Notes under the pieces: generated by a model
The model's database searches: none
Seen by the model: only the letters and a program-made list of their open reading frames with translations
Told to the model about the DNA's origin: nothing
Position numbers and translations under genes: made by a program
Source of the DNA: Amoebophrya sp. A120
Lineage: Eukaryota; Protista; Dinoflagellata
Assembly: GCA_905178155.1 (NCBI GenBank)
Contig: CAJINV010000002.1
Span: forward strand, 3,911,838 to 3,975,837
DNA: 64,000 nucleotides
Direction: 5' to 3'
In this document: positions 38,701 through 51,500 of the stretch, piece by piece
Numbering within the stretch: position 1 is the first letter of the stretch
How the letters are laid out: every line of letters begins with the position of its first letter

Positions 38701-40877
38701 GAAGCGTTTCCTGCTGGAGAACGTATCGAAGAAAAAAACATTGTTAGTGTAACTTTGTGAAGATGCGCAACATGCAAGATGGGCGACGTCTGTCATGCTG
38801 GTCATGCATTGCAAGGTCCACCATTCAAGCGCGTTTTGCCGTGCTATCTGCGCATGACAGGTTTTTGCTCTCATGCCAAACGGATTTGTAATGCTGTTCT
38901 TCCAAAAAAGTTACACCTACAAGTTTTTTTCCTTGGATAGAACGGTGTGAAGTCGGACTGTACTACATTTTTGCACTGGCGCCGATGCCTTGCCGGAACG
39001 GGTTTGGAGCAGCCCTATGTGTCCGAGGTGGTGCTCGTTGGTGGAGGAGCGGCTCGCATATTGTGAGGAAAAATCTCCCGCCCTCCCCATATCGAAAAAG
39101 AAATTTCTGATGCTGATTTGTGGCCACAAATCAGTTTTGTCTTGCGTACAAGGCTGCAAACGGCACCCATGGGGCGCATTGTCCAACGAGTCTGTCATGC
39201 GTTTTCGCCTATGTCAGACTTTTTTCTCATGCTCAGCAGCTGCTCGGTCGCCGGATGCGCTCCAAAATGGGCTCAGAATATTATGCCGACAAGCTCTTGC
39301 TGCAATGCAAAGCGCATTTGTGTAAGTACGCAAATCCAGCAACACAAGTTGTCTTTTGAATGTGGGGCCGCGGGGGCTTCTTTCACTTTGATATCGCACC
39401 GCGTGGCAGCACGCGCGTGGCAGCACAAGCGAAGAACCGCGGTCGATCTGGGACAGAATGAATCCTTTTTCCCGGGCGCACCAAAAAGTCAAGGGCGTGG
39501 CGACCCTAGCCTTTGATGCCGCCACCGCCCCAGGGAAGGAGGTTTCCAACGACTACCCGCGGGACTTGCACCTTGCTGATGAGTGGCGTTTCAACGAGCC
39601 ACAGATGCTATGCATTGCAAAAATGTCTGGCTCTGGAAGGTTGCAACTTGTAATGCTGTGTTTGGATTCTATAAAAGATTTGTATTGCATGACCAGGAAG
39701 AGGAATCCATTTTGTGCTAGGCGGGACGTTCGCATTTGTCATGCGGAAAAGGCATCAGGATGCCCTCTAAAAGTATGTGATGCTAGGCCATTCTTTACAA
39801 GCATCATGGGTCATGCAAAATATGCATGACAAGCCTGGAAATCTTCCAGACCCAGACATATTTGCACTTGATAGATGCGGGCCCTGGTGCAGCACACCGG
39901 CCTTCTTTTTGCCCGGAAAATGGGAAAAACCAAAAGCAACAAGAAGGCGGAGCTGAAATTCGACCTCGCCAAAGAGGCGTACCCCCGCACGTTTCCCTTC
40001 GAACAAGTTGACTCCCTTCCCGCCCTGTGGGGTCAGGTAACGGTGAGGGCCAGTAGAAATACTGCCGACGGAGGTCAAGAACATCGTGATGCTGATGCAG
40101 CTATGCATTGAAAATATGTCTGGGTCTGGAAGGTTGGAACTTGTTACGCTAACTTTGGACTCTAAGTAAAAAAACTGTATTTTTGCATGACCAGCAAGAG
40201 GAGTCCAGTTTGTGCTACGCGAGGAGGACATTTGTCATGCGGAAAAGGCATTAGGAAGGCCTCTAAAAATATGTGATGCTAGATCATGCATTACAGAGAT
40301 CCTGACTCCTGCAAAATATTATGCATGACAAACCTGGCAAGAACCTTCGAGACCCAGACATATTTGCATTTGATAGCAGCTCTTGAGTCAACCTCCTACA
40401 ACGCGACGGAGCACTTCCGCCCAGAGGTGCTCGATGTCGGCCGCGACGAGAATGGAAATGTCTTGTTTACGTCCGCGGTGCGCGACGCGTGCGCGTTTGT
40501 TGCGGCCAAGCAGAAGAACAATAAAGGGCCCGTATCCTGATTAAAAACGTCCCCACACCAGAGTCAAGATCATGGGAACTCTGCTAGACAAATCAGCCAG
40601 CTTTGGTTGTTTCGCATGACAATTCTGTCCTCGTAGTGTAGTCCTGTTTTGCTAGTTCAGCAGCATCACAGATTCTAGCAGCGTCACAGATCTAGCGAAA
40701 ATGCTTCTCGTAGGGCTCCGCATGGGAAACTTTTTTGGCATGCAAAATTGCATGACACTTCTGGGGTGGGGACGCTTTTACAAACAATAGGCCGGCCAAT
40801 TATTACGCAAAGTCTTCCAAAAGACAGCTTCGTACGTGGGTGGGCGCACTCCGGTGTGCCCCGAGCTGGAGATGTGA
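32800..40877 (+). CDS. Core-2/I-branching enzyme (Branch, GT14-like) glycosyltransferase; start codon uncertain
   Basis: Motifs VAYLLLT..LWRQYF..LYVH, TAWGELV, NEQFVFLSEGHVPL, HHQWGTLSR, ASDEFIFGSTL, CTTFLHW, LLFARKM. Interrupted by 16 introners (32903, 33256, 33664, 33967, 34377, 35114, 35431, 35833, 36051, 36430, 38342, 38724, 39059, 39609, 40102, 40533) plus the 36814-38172 insertion; stop TGA 40875-40877. Confidence 0.8.
35114..35330. mobile_element. Introner, family E (TIR TATCGCAAGAAAAAACTGTTTCACTGTGA)
   Basis: TSD cgagg/cgagg; relatives 46312-46520 and 48508-48716. Confidence 0.87.
36814..38172. mobile_element. 1359-bp internally repetitive insertion flanked by a perfect 38-bp direct repeat
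   Basis: 36776-36813 equals 38173-38210 (cttaaacctgtacttcgcaaacttggtgcatcaaaagg); internal GGGAACTAATTTCTGTAAG repeats in both orientations. Confidence 0.85.
38342..38660. mobile_element. Introner, family H (TIR TATGGATGT..GGATTGAAATCG.CAAAGTTGAAAT)
   Basis: Flanks agacg/atacg; relative 44944-45252 (tccgg/tccgg). Confidence 0.8.
38724..38939. mobile_element. Introner, family F (TIR TATCCAAG.AAAAA..TTGTAGGTGTAACTTT)
   Basis: TSD gaacg/gaacg; relatives 43983-44191 and 51621-51845. Confidence 0.8.
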
Positions 40878-41528
40878 CGGGAGGAACTGCTACGCGGGGC
40901 CTGAGAGATTCTTTTTTTCGGAACAAAAAATATCAAAATGATTTTCGGAGCCACATTATTTATACTTAGTCATGATGCCAGCTCGTAGATTAAGATGAAA
41001 ATTATGATTACTTATCCTCACGACCCAGATTCCGTGTAATATGAACAGACAAACAAACAGAATTACTTATATCGCTGGTGATTGTGGTACTACTACTACT
41101 TCTACAACAAGTATTTTTGACAACAAAAACGACCTGGGATGCACCATAAGCACTTGGTGGCCCTCCAAATTTAAATTTTAGGAGATCTGAACCCCACCTG
41201 GCTTTGGAATTGTGATACTCGAGTCGCAAGCGACAATCTCTGGGTCCTCTTCAACGTGCCTAATGGACAACAATTTTGCAGACCACATGTTCATCTCGAG
41301 GACGTGATCAGGAGATGAACAAGGTCTATGTTTATGCTCTATAAATCTGAGCAGCCGCAAAAAAAAAAATGTTGACATAGCAGCTCAATAATAAAGTTGA
41401 CGATCAGTCTACTTCTGTGGGATTTTTCTCAACATCTTTGTTCTCAAGCAATCATATTTATAATTTCCAAGAGCGTCTGGCACGCCCTGGTCGTCGTGTT
41501 CGTAAATGCAATTGCTCTGCGGGGCTTA

Positions 41529-41950
41529 TCATCTTAACGTTTGTCTGTTTCTCAGCGGAATGGAGAGGAGAAGGGAGGGTTTTCTTTTTCTGATCCCCAT
41601 CGGGTGCTCGTTGATTGCGCACAGGGTGTGAAGGATGATTTCTTCAGAAGTGGCCCCGCGGAAGGCCCCCGACATCCTGCACCGGTCCGCAATGAATTTT
41701 ATAAATTCAATGCGGCGCTCGTTCTTGCCGCACTGCCAGTGGGCTTGACTGCTCGTGACGAGATACTCGACCAGGAAACCGGTCACAAACCGCCATACCC
41801 GGTGGTTAAAAAATTCCGGTCCTTCGTCGGTGAGCATACGCCGCGTCGGGTTCCCGTGCAGCCGCAAGAGCGTGAGAAAGCGGATGGTGGTTGTTGCGCA
41901 AGGCGGACCCGTTTACATGCATCTGCTGAACGCCGAAAAATGGTTCACGT
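41529..41950 (-). pseudogene. Retroviral-type integrase (rve) core fragment, probably an LTR-retrotransposon remnant
   Basis: RRMLTDEGPEFFN...SSQAHWQCGKNERRIEFIK matches the second Asp and the Glu region of a DDE integrase; truncated, upstream stop, no LTR seen. Confidence 0.7.
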
Positions 41951-42573
41951 GAGATGAAATTTGTTCATTTGCGATTTCGTTTCGCGGAAGAGAAATTCTT
42001 CTTTCTCTTTCTCTTTTCCCATCGTGGAAAAAACATTTTCTTCGTCACAAAAAACAAAACAAGAATTTGTTTTCTCTTCACGATTCAGTGTGGCAACACA
42101 GAGAGGAGACGAGAGGGTTTTTTTTTTCTGATGGACCAGAAGCAGCAGAATAAACCGTTTTTCATCTTTTTTGTTTTTTCGAGCGATAGAGGCCAGAGCA
42201 GCTTGTTACACTTTTTTTTCCGAGAGACAGGGGGAATGATTATTATGCTGTGTACTTACAATTAGTAGCTGTAGCGCATGTGTAAGAACTACGCAGCTCG
42301 ATTCCAACATTCGGGTGTGGAAGTGGATCATCTAAGGAGTGGATTAGCTGTACACTGCTACTGCAATTTATGAAACTAGTACGTCTATATGTTTTTTATC
42401 GTGCTGTCGTGTAGTTTGAATTTTCGTTTATTTTATTTAAAAGGGCGACTGATTTGGTCCATGATTGTCCCGTTCTTGTTTCAGGTTCTTTTCGTGGCGT
42501 CTTCAAGTAGTAGAATCGAGTAAGAACAAAAGCACGACCATGTTGTATCTTTCTTTTTCGCCGTCCACTTATC

Positions 42574-45500
42574 ATGCAACACCTGTGGGCCCGTTGCAGC
42601 GAGCATTTGACGAGGACAACTTCAACTACATTGCCGAGTAACTACATCAACGATTGCAGCTGCAGCTCTTTCGACAACTCACACGGAGCTGCAGTCGTGG
42701 AAGTAGAAACAAGAACTTCCTCTCCTTCACTATCATCTTTCTTTACCTGCGGAGCAACGGGTGGTCGTACTACAGCGACAACCAGAGACGAAGAACAGCC
42801 CCCCCGGCGACGTCCAGCTGGAAGTAGAGATCCTCGGATAAAAATTCGGGATGAAGCTGCTCGTGCTGAGAATCATTCCCTTTCTTTTTCCGACTGTGGT
42901 TCTTCATCAGCCTCCGAAGACGAAGAAAATCAGCACGAGTTTTTGGTGGTAGAGAAAACAAATAGAACTTCCACTTTCACGTCGGGAAAGGAACTACAAG
43001 CCACGGGAGGTCGTGGTCATTCATCATCATCCCGCCGCGACGAGAGCAGGAGGAACCGGTGGTTTTTCAATTTCGACAACAACACTACAGGTACAACTGC
43101 TACAGGACCACCTCATCATCATCATCAAGAAGATTCTCACCTTTCCTTTGATGTAGGTCAAGGACACAGCACTTGTTCTCGTCGTGCTCAAAATTATCCT
43201 AAAACCTTTTCCCCGCCAAGCCGTCGGTTACTACGCCCGGCGAATTATTTGCAGCGGATTTTAAGAATAGCTTCTTCCAATAAAAAGACCACGGCGAGGA
43301 GGACCATGCTGCAAGGTGGAGCATCAAACCAAAATACTGCCGCGCCGCCTGGCGGCGCAGGACCAGGCGCGACGCAGCAGTACAACACGCGAAGACGGCG
43401 GCATTCGGTGGACGGGCGGGGAACCAGTGAAAAGTTGATGACGAAGATCAAGAACGAGTATCCTGTGTAAAAGCGTCCCCACGACCCCAGAGTTGTCATA
43501 CAACTCTGCATGCCAAATCCAAAAAGAAAAAAGTTTTTCATGCGGAGCCCCATGAGAAGCATCTTCTAGTTGTCGTGTTTTGGGAATTTGTGATGCTATA
43601 ATCAGCATTATATGCTAGATCTGTGATGCTTCTGAACTACCTCAACAGGATTTTTACACTACGAGGACAAACCTGTCATGCGAAACAACCAAAGCTGGCT
43701 AATTTGTCTAGCAGATTCCCCATCTTGACTCTGACTCTGGTGACGTTTTTACACAGGATAACGAGACGAATTTATTGATCAAGAAATTCAAGGAGTTAAA
43801 ACCACTAGCAGACCGGCACTGGCGGGGTAGTAGTAGTGGAGTACCATCATCTGGTCAACAACATCAAAGCGAGACTGCGAACAATACTGCTTCTTCTTCC
43901 ACAGCTAGTGAAAACAATAAGACCGCCAACAAACAAAATCTGGACAGTCTCGAGCTCGGCACACTGAAACTAGAGTTGAAGCTATCCAAGAGAAAAACGT
44001 TGTAGGTGTAACTTTTTTGGAGGAACAGCATCACAAATTTGTCTGGCATGACAGCAAAGACCTGTCCTGCGCAGATAGTAAGTGAAAACGCTCTTCAATG
44101 GACCCCACGACGCATGCCAAGCATGACAGACGCAATCATCTTGCATGTTGCGCATCACAAATTTACACGAACAACGTCTTTTTCTTGAATAGGAGCGGCT
44201 GCAGCAAGACTGTTCCACCGTGGTGGATTTGATTCAGGTGCTGGACGCGGGTCAGAATTTACGCCGGTGGGTATTGAGAGGAAAAATCCCCCCTCTCCAT
44301 ATCGAAATGGAAATCTGTGATGCGGGATTTGTGTACACAAATCGACTTGTAATGCTAGAACGCCGAGAGACGCAGCTGTGGCCTCGTTTGCAGGCAATTT
44401 GTCGTGCTGTTTCCCACTTCCAGCTGCCCCCTGTCATGCTGAAGATGCAAGGCTTTCCCACGCCAACCAGCACTACAGTCCGCATCTTTTCCCTTCTAGC
44501 ATGACAAACGTGGCCACAAATCTGCATCACAAGTTTCTAGTTTGAGTATGGGGCGGTGGGGGGATTTTCCCTTTTGATAGTGGGCTGAAGCGCACATGTT
44601 GATGATCTCCGTTTTGGCCAAAAGATTTCACGCGCAATTGGAACAACAACAGCAACAGTATCAAAGAAAAAAAGTTCGTCACGATCACTCATGCGCATTT
44701 TTGCAATACAAAAGTGTTTGTCATGCGTAAAAATGCATCACAGCCCAACTTCATTAGGGATTTCCCTAGTGTTTCTGCAGTACAAGGAAAATGTGTGATG
44801 CTAAGAAAATTTGTAATGCAAAACCTGCAAGTTAGTGACTGTGACAAACTTTTTTCTCTCCATATGCAGCAGGCGTTGTCTAGTACCAGCGCAACAACTA
44901 CGGGAGCAGGTGGACAGACATCTACTAATGCCGGCACTTCCGGTATGGATGTGTCAGGTTTGAAATCGTCAAAGTTGAAATAGTTTGTCATGCATAAAAC
45001 GGATACCAGTATAGGCCTGCAGTTTGTAGTCGGTGCGTGACGAATTTTCCCGGTCCTGGAAGCGAGTCTGTCATTCGGTTTAGGGCAAAAGAGCTGCCTT
45101 CTGTCATGCTAGTCAGCAGTCCAACTTTTGACCCTTCCCAGGACTATGATCTGCCTTCCGTGCGTCCTCTGCAATAGAGTCACTTTTTGTATCGCAAACT
45201 ATGCATGACAAATCATTTTAACTCTGACGATTTCAATCCTGGCACCCCCATATCCGGAGAGCCGAAGAAACCCTTTGTCGCGACCAAGTACTGCGAAGCC
45301 AGTAGTGAGCTGCTCCTCGTTATCAACTGCAAATATGTAGTCTGGGTCTGGAAACTTGTAATGCTAAAAAAGTGGATGATAGCCGGACTGCAATACGCAG
45401 CCAAACATGACAAATTTTTGAGCTGTGATGTGTTGCGTATTCCGCATGAGAAACAACGTTTTTGCTCAACGACGACGACGATGACAGATAGGAGAACCGT

Positions 45501-48500
45501 TTCGTGCCCGTGCATCACAGATTCTCGAGTCATGTCAGACATGCATGACAAATGTAAGGATCTTCCAGACCCAGGCATGTTTGCAATGCATACTCGGGAC
45601 CGGGCCCTACGACGGCTTGGCGTTTGATGTGAAGTTGAAAGACCGCCTATCAAAAGGTAAAATCCCCCCTCCCCAAGTCGAAAACGAAATTTGTGTTGCT
45701 ATATTTGAGTACACAAATCACGTTTGTCTTGCAGTAGAGGACTGCAGGCCTATGCTAAGCCTGAGTAGGGAGGTTTTGGGCTAGGCGCTGAGCATGGCAA
45801 ACGTCTAGGCTGTATGGCCAACAGCATCACAAACGGCCTGCAGAGTGCGGCGGAGCCTGTGGAGTTGCGTTCTTGCAAGACAGAGACGATTTGTGGTCAC
45901 AAATCAGCACTACAAATCTTCTGAGACGTACCTCTTCGATATGGGGAGGGGGGATCTTTCCTTACGATGCCGCCAGTTGTTGGAAAAATTGCTGAACAGC
46001 GGTGCGTATGCATTGCAAATATTTCCGGGTCTGGAAAAGTGGAACTTGTATTGCGTGGTCAGGATTCCAGAAAAATCTGTATCGCATAAAAGTACCAAGA
46101 GCGCCGCATTTTCGATTTCGTCATGAGATGAAAGCGCAGTTTGTAATGCGCGATAAGCATGAGAAAGTGTCTGAAAAACTTGTCATGCTCCACTGCTGTT
46201 ACAGGCGCAGTCACTCATGGCCATTCAGCATTACAGGTGTCCAGACCCAGACACATTTGCACTTGATAGCGCGGATCCGATGGTGAAGGATATTGAATTC
46301 GGGAAAACTTGTATCGCAGGAAAAAACTGTTTCACTGTGAACTTGTGATGCAGAGAATGGAGCGCAGAACGAATTGTCTCGTCACACCTGCAAGACCTTG
46401 ACTCTTTAACGGTGTTTTCCCTTTCGAAGCGCGCATGGCAAATTTTCTGTGTCATGTGTAGCAAACTTGTGATGCAAATCTTGCAAAGTCATCACAGCGA
46501 AACAGTTTTTTCGTAGGATAACTTGTGCGCACGATTTGGCGCTAAGCGGAATTCTGCCCTTCCACACCGATGCCTGGTATAAAGTATGCAGCGTATGGAT
46601 CAAATCATAAAGGAAAGAGCAAGAGGATTTTCGCATTGTATTACTTCGTGGGATTTCGATTTTGCGGAGCACGTGGCCGTCGCCCGAGCTTTCCGTGCTG
46701 CTGTAAAGCATTTGCTATTTTAGCGTTGTACGAGCAGCAGAAATGAAATCAGGGTGATATTTTTAAATCGGTTCGGAAAATGAAATAGAAATACACCTAC
46801 TTTTTTAGGCACGCTGTCCGCCTCCAGTCGCTGAAGAAACGGGGTGCAGATTTGCGCACCTGCCGCGATTTGTACGGACGGACGCCTTATCAATTGCAAA
46901 AATGTCTGGGTCTGCAAGATTGCAACTTGTCATGCTAAATCGAAATCGTGCAAAAATCTGTGTTGCATGATTACCAAAAGAGGGCCACTTTTGAACAAGT
47001 TCAGAGGCAGTTTGTCATGCAGAATAGGCATGAAAGAGTTCTCACAGACTCTGTCATGCTAGGTCCCGCATTCCAGACCTCGAGGGTTATGGAAAACCTG
47101 CATGACAAGTTCACACTCTTCCAGACCCAGACATTTTTGCATTTGATACGCCTATTCTGATTGCCTTGGAAGAGTTCAACGTGGCGTTTCTCCGGGCCAT
47201 TCTGAAGGTGGAGCTAGGCGAGGAGTGGGGCATGCGGATTTTCCGGAAGATGCCGCCTTACAAGGATATCGCATAGAAAAATATAAACGGCGTCAGTGTA
47301 CTTGTACGTAGTAGCTTTGTGATGCAGACGAGGATCTGAGACAGTTTCAAGTGCATTTTTTGTGAGCTGCACGGTGCTGCTCCTGCTGGATCGATATGCA
47401 TCACTTCAAGCGGGTTCTTTCCACTTGCTACCTACGCATCGCAGGTGTTAGGTTTTTGTCATGCAAAGGAATAGCAGCCAAAATCAAAAAGGTTACACTA
47501 ACGCGGTTTCATTTTTCCGCTTGATAAAGAAGAATGGCCGGCTGATGAAAACTACGTTACAGATCCAACAGCTGGTGAAACAAACGATGCCGGTGAAGCT
47601 CGCAGAGTTTAAGCAGAAGCGGGAGGAATTGGAATTTTTGATGAAGAAGTCCCCTCTGTATCAAAAGGAAAAATCCCCCCTCGCCATATCAAAACGAAGC
47701 CTCTAATGCTGGATTTGCTTACACAAATCAGATTTGTCTTGCTGGAGAGGACTGCAGGCCTATAGTAAGCCTGAGTAGGGAGATTTGGGACTAGGCGTTA
47801 AGCATGGCAAACGTCTAGTCTGTAGGGCCAACAGCATCACAAGCCGCCTGGTGAATGCGGCGGACGACCGGCGGCGTTGCGTTCTTGCAAGACAGAGACG
47901 ACTTGTGGCAACAAATCAGCATTGCAAATTTTTTGAGACGTACCTTTTCGATATGGGGGGAGGGATTTTTGTTTTTCCTTGCGATACTCTGTTCGCCGAA
48001 AACGCCGGGCTCGGAAGTGGGGAACTGAACAACGACACGGGAGACGGCGCGGGAAACAACGCGGCTACAACTGGTGCCTCGCCGCTCGACAGCAACAAAG
48101 ATCGCAAGAAAACGCGCCGCGGTATTCCGTATAGACACGTCCCCACCTCCACAGACTTGTCATGCAGATTTGCGATCACAGGAACATTTGTAATGCGCAT
48201 CCCCAAGATAAAGAGGCATTTCCAATAGTGTTTTGGCATTTGTAATGCTGCAAACAGGATAAGCAGACCAGATGGATTTGTGCTGCGGTTATCCTTGCTA
48301 AAAACCTGGACCACACTACGGACTGCAACTTGTTATGCGTGGCTCCCAAAAGTAGAACTTCTGGATTTGTTTTGCTAGTAAGTTCCCAACTTGAAGACAA
48401 CTACGAGGTGGGGACGGTTTTACTTGTCATGCGCGGGACGGTGGCCCTACCCTCGGCGGGGGGCCTGTTGGGGGGTACTAGTCCGGTGGTGGAAAAGAGG

Positions 48501-51500
48501 ACGGATGTATCGCAAGAAAAAACTGTTTCACTGTGAACTTGTGATGCATAGAATGGAACACAGAACTATTTGTCTTGCTACACCTGCAAGGCATTGGATT
48601 TTTAAGCGTGTTTTCCCTTGGAAAGCGCGCATGGCAAATTTTCTGTGGCATGTGTAGCAAACTTGTAATGCGGATCTTGCAAAACCATCACAGTGAAACA
48701 GTTTTTTCGTGGGATAGGACGCACAGCAACTGTATTTGGACGAGTTGCGGGTGTACATGCTGGAGTTGATGCCGAAACTTTTTCCAAGGAGCATCACACT
48801 AGGTATCAAATGTAAAAATGTCTGGGTCTGGAAACTTGTGATGCTGGGTGGCGTGTCATGATGAGGCTAGAAATGCTGGCTCAGCATGACGAGTTTCTGA
48901 GCTCCTAGGTGAAGCCTATTCTGCATGACAAACTGCGCTTCTGCATCACAGAAAAACGGAGCTCTATGGGTAACGTGCACGACAGATTTAAGAGTCATGC
49001 CAGACAAGCATGACAAACATGAATTCTTCCAGACCCAGACATTTTTACAATTGATACTAGGTAAGAAGTGATTATCCACGCCGCTTTTCTTCCATTTTTT
49101 GTGTTTGTCATGCAGATCCACGAGTAGAATATGGGTTTGGGTACTACCATGACTATGCGCTCGGTCTTTTATTACCACGCAGTAAAACCACCAGATTCAG
49201 ATTCACTTTCACAACCAAGCATAATGAATTACCAGGCGGCTCGTCGTCCCTGCTCACCTTCGGTCCGTATCACATGCAAATATGTCTGGGTCTGGAAATT
49301 CAAATTTGTGATGCTCAACTATTTGGATAAGACTGACGCTCTCAAGTGCAGCCAAGCATGACAAATGTACTTGACGCCGTCTGATGCGTAGCACGCATTA
49401 CAAACTGCGTTTTTGCAGGACGAAAAAGTACTAGTGCCTCTCTTGCTGGCTTTGCAACGCAGATTTTTCAGGAATGCAAGACATGCAACACAAGTTCCAC
49501 TTTTCCAGACCCAGACATACATTTTTGCAATGCATAGCCCGTTGCACCGTGCGATTTTGGAATCCGACACGGAATCTATCCTCTGCCAGATCTATCAAAA
49601 GGAAAAATCCCCCCTCCCCATATCGAAATGGAAATCTGTGATGCGGGATTTGTGTACACAAATCGGCTTTCTCTTGCAGTAGAGGATTGCAGGCAGATAC
49701 AAAGCGGGAGGAGGGGCGTCTTTGTGTAGGCGCCTAGCAAGGCAGGCATGTCCTCCGTAGGCCATAAAGCATCACAAATTGCCTGCAGAACGCGGCCAGG
49801 TTTTTGGAGTTGTCTCCTTGCAATACAGAGGCGATTTGTGGTCTCAGATTAGCATCGCAAATTTTCAGAAGTATCCCGCTTTGGTATGGGGAGGGGGGAT
49901 TTTTCCTCACGATAAGATCGCCATGATAGCCTCCGACGTGACCGGCCTGCAGGGGTATCCTGTGCACAAGTGTCATACTCGTAATAATTGCAAACAGGCA
50001 TTACAAATCTTGCTCTTAAGGTAAATCCGCATTACAAATTTTCTTTCTCATGCTGAGGAAATTTGTAATGCATTTATGCGAGTGCGATACTTCTGCAATG
50101 CATGAGGGCCAGCAGCCGACGACAAACTCGCTGAATTTGAACATTTCGAATTGTCCGAACCTGCTGGCATCTAGCGGGACCACGAGCAGTGGTTCAACAT
50201 CGGAGCTTATCAAATGTAAAAGTGTCTGGGTCTGGAAGAACGCAAGTTTGTCATGCTAATTTTGGATTCTAGAAAAATCTGTATTGCATGACCAGCAAGA
50301 GGAGCCCAGTTTCTGCTACGCGGGGAGGCCATTTGTCATGCGGAATAGGCATCAAGAAGCACTCAGAAAATCTGTGATGCCAGGGAATACATCACAGACG
50401 TCACGGGCCATGTAAAATCGGCATGACAAGTTCGCATTCTTCCAGACCCAGACATTTTTACATTTGATAGAGCTGGTTCTCCTTGCGCCGAGTAGCCAGG
50501 TGGATCACAACATCGAAAAGTGGAATATGGCGTTCTCAAATGTTTCATTCTCAACTGTTACATGATTTGTCATGCAAAATGACCACGATTCGCACGACGA
50601 TCAAGCTGCTTCGCATGACAAATCATCGAATGGCTAAACAGCATCTAAATCCGTCCCAAATTTGTGATGCAAGACTTGCAAGCTTTCCCCTTTCCCTATT
50701 GCTGGTTTTGCATGACAAATCCATGTAACAGTTGAGAATGTAACAGTTGAGAACGCCATACGGAAGTTGATTCTCCAGGAGTTTCTGGATGTCTTCGAAT
50801 TTCACGGAGTCAAGCTCCAGCCGGACTACCCGGAGTGCTACCACAGTACTAGCGGCGGGAAGGGTAGTACTAGTTTGAAGAAGAAGTCGATTTTCTGGGA
50901 ATTTCCAAAGCTCTACGAGTGCTACAAGAAGCTGGTGCACGAAATTTCCACGGGCGAAAAAGCGGAAAAAATCGGCGGCGGAGTGGTGGTATTGATTTAT
51001 TTCGTATACTACGTGTAAATCGTGAACGAGCTCCCGTTCCGCATGTAAGGTAGGTGTGAGTTTGGCTTTCGTGCTGAGTTGTGTAGCATGATGACCAGGT
51101 CCAGGTCGAGAAATTGGCTGTATGAAATGGAAACACCACCAAGCACCATCATGACAAATCAAATCTACGTATATTGAAAAATCCCCAGTCCACCGTGGCT
51201 TTGGTGGTGAAAGAGCTCGCGTTCGTCCACTCAGAAACCCCGTTGCATATTGCGGTCCGCTATCAAATGTAAAAATGTCTGGGTCTGGAAGAGTCGGGGC
51301 TTGTCATGCACATTTAGCATCACCCGTGAAGGTCTGTGATGCTGGTGCTAGCATCACAGATGTTTTGAGAGCTTCTTGATGCTAATTACGCATGAGAAAT
51401 GCCCTCTCCGCGTACCAAGGACTGACTCCTCTTGCTGCTCATGCAACACAGATATTTGTAGAATCCGCTGACAGCATTACAAGTTCGGATTCTTCCAGAC

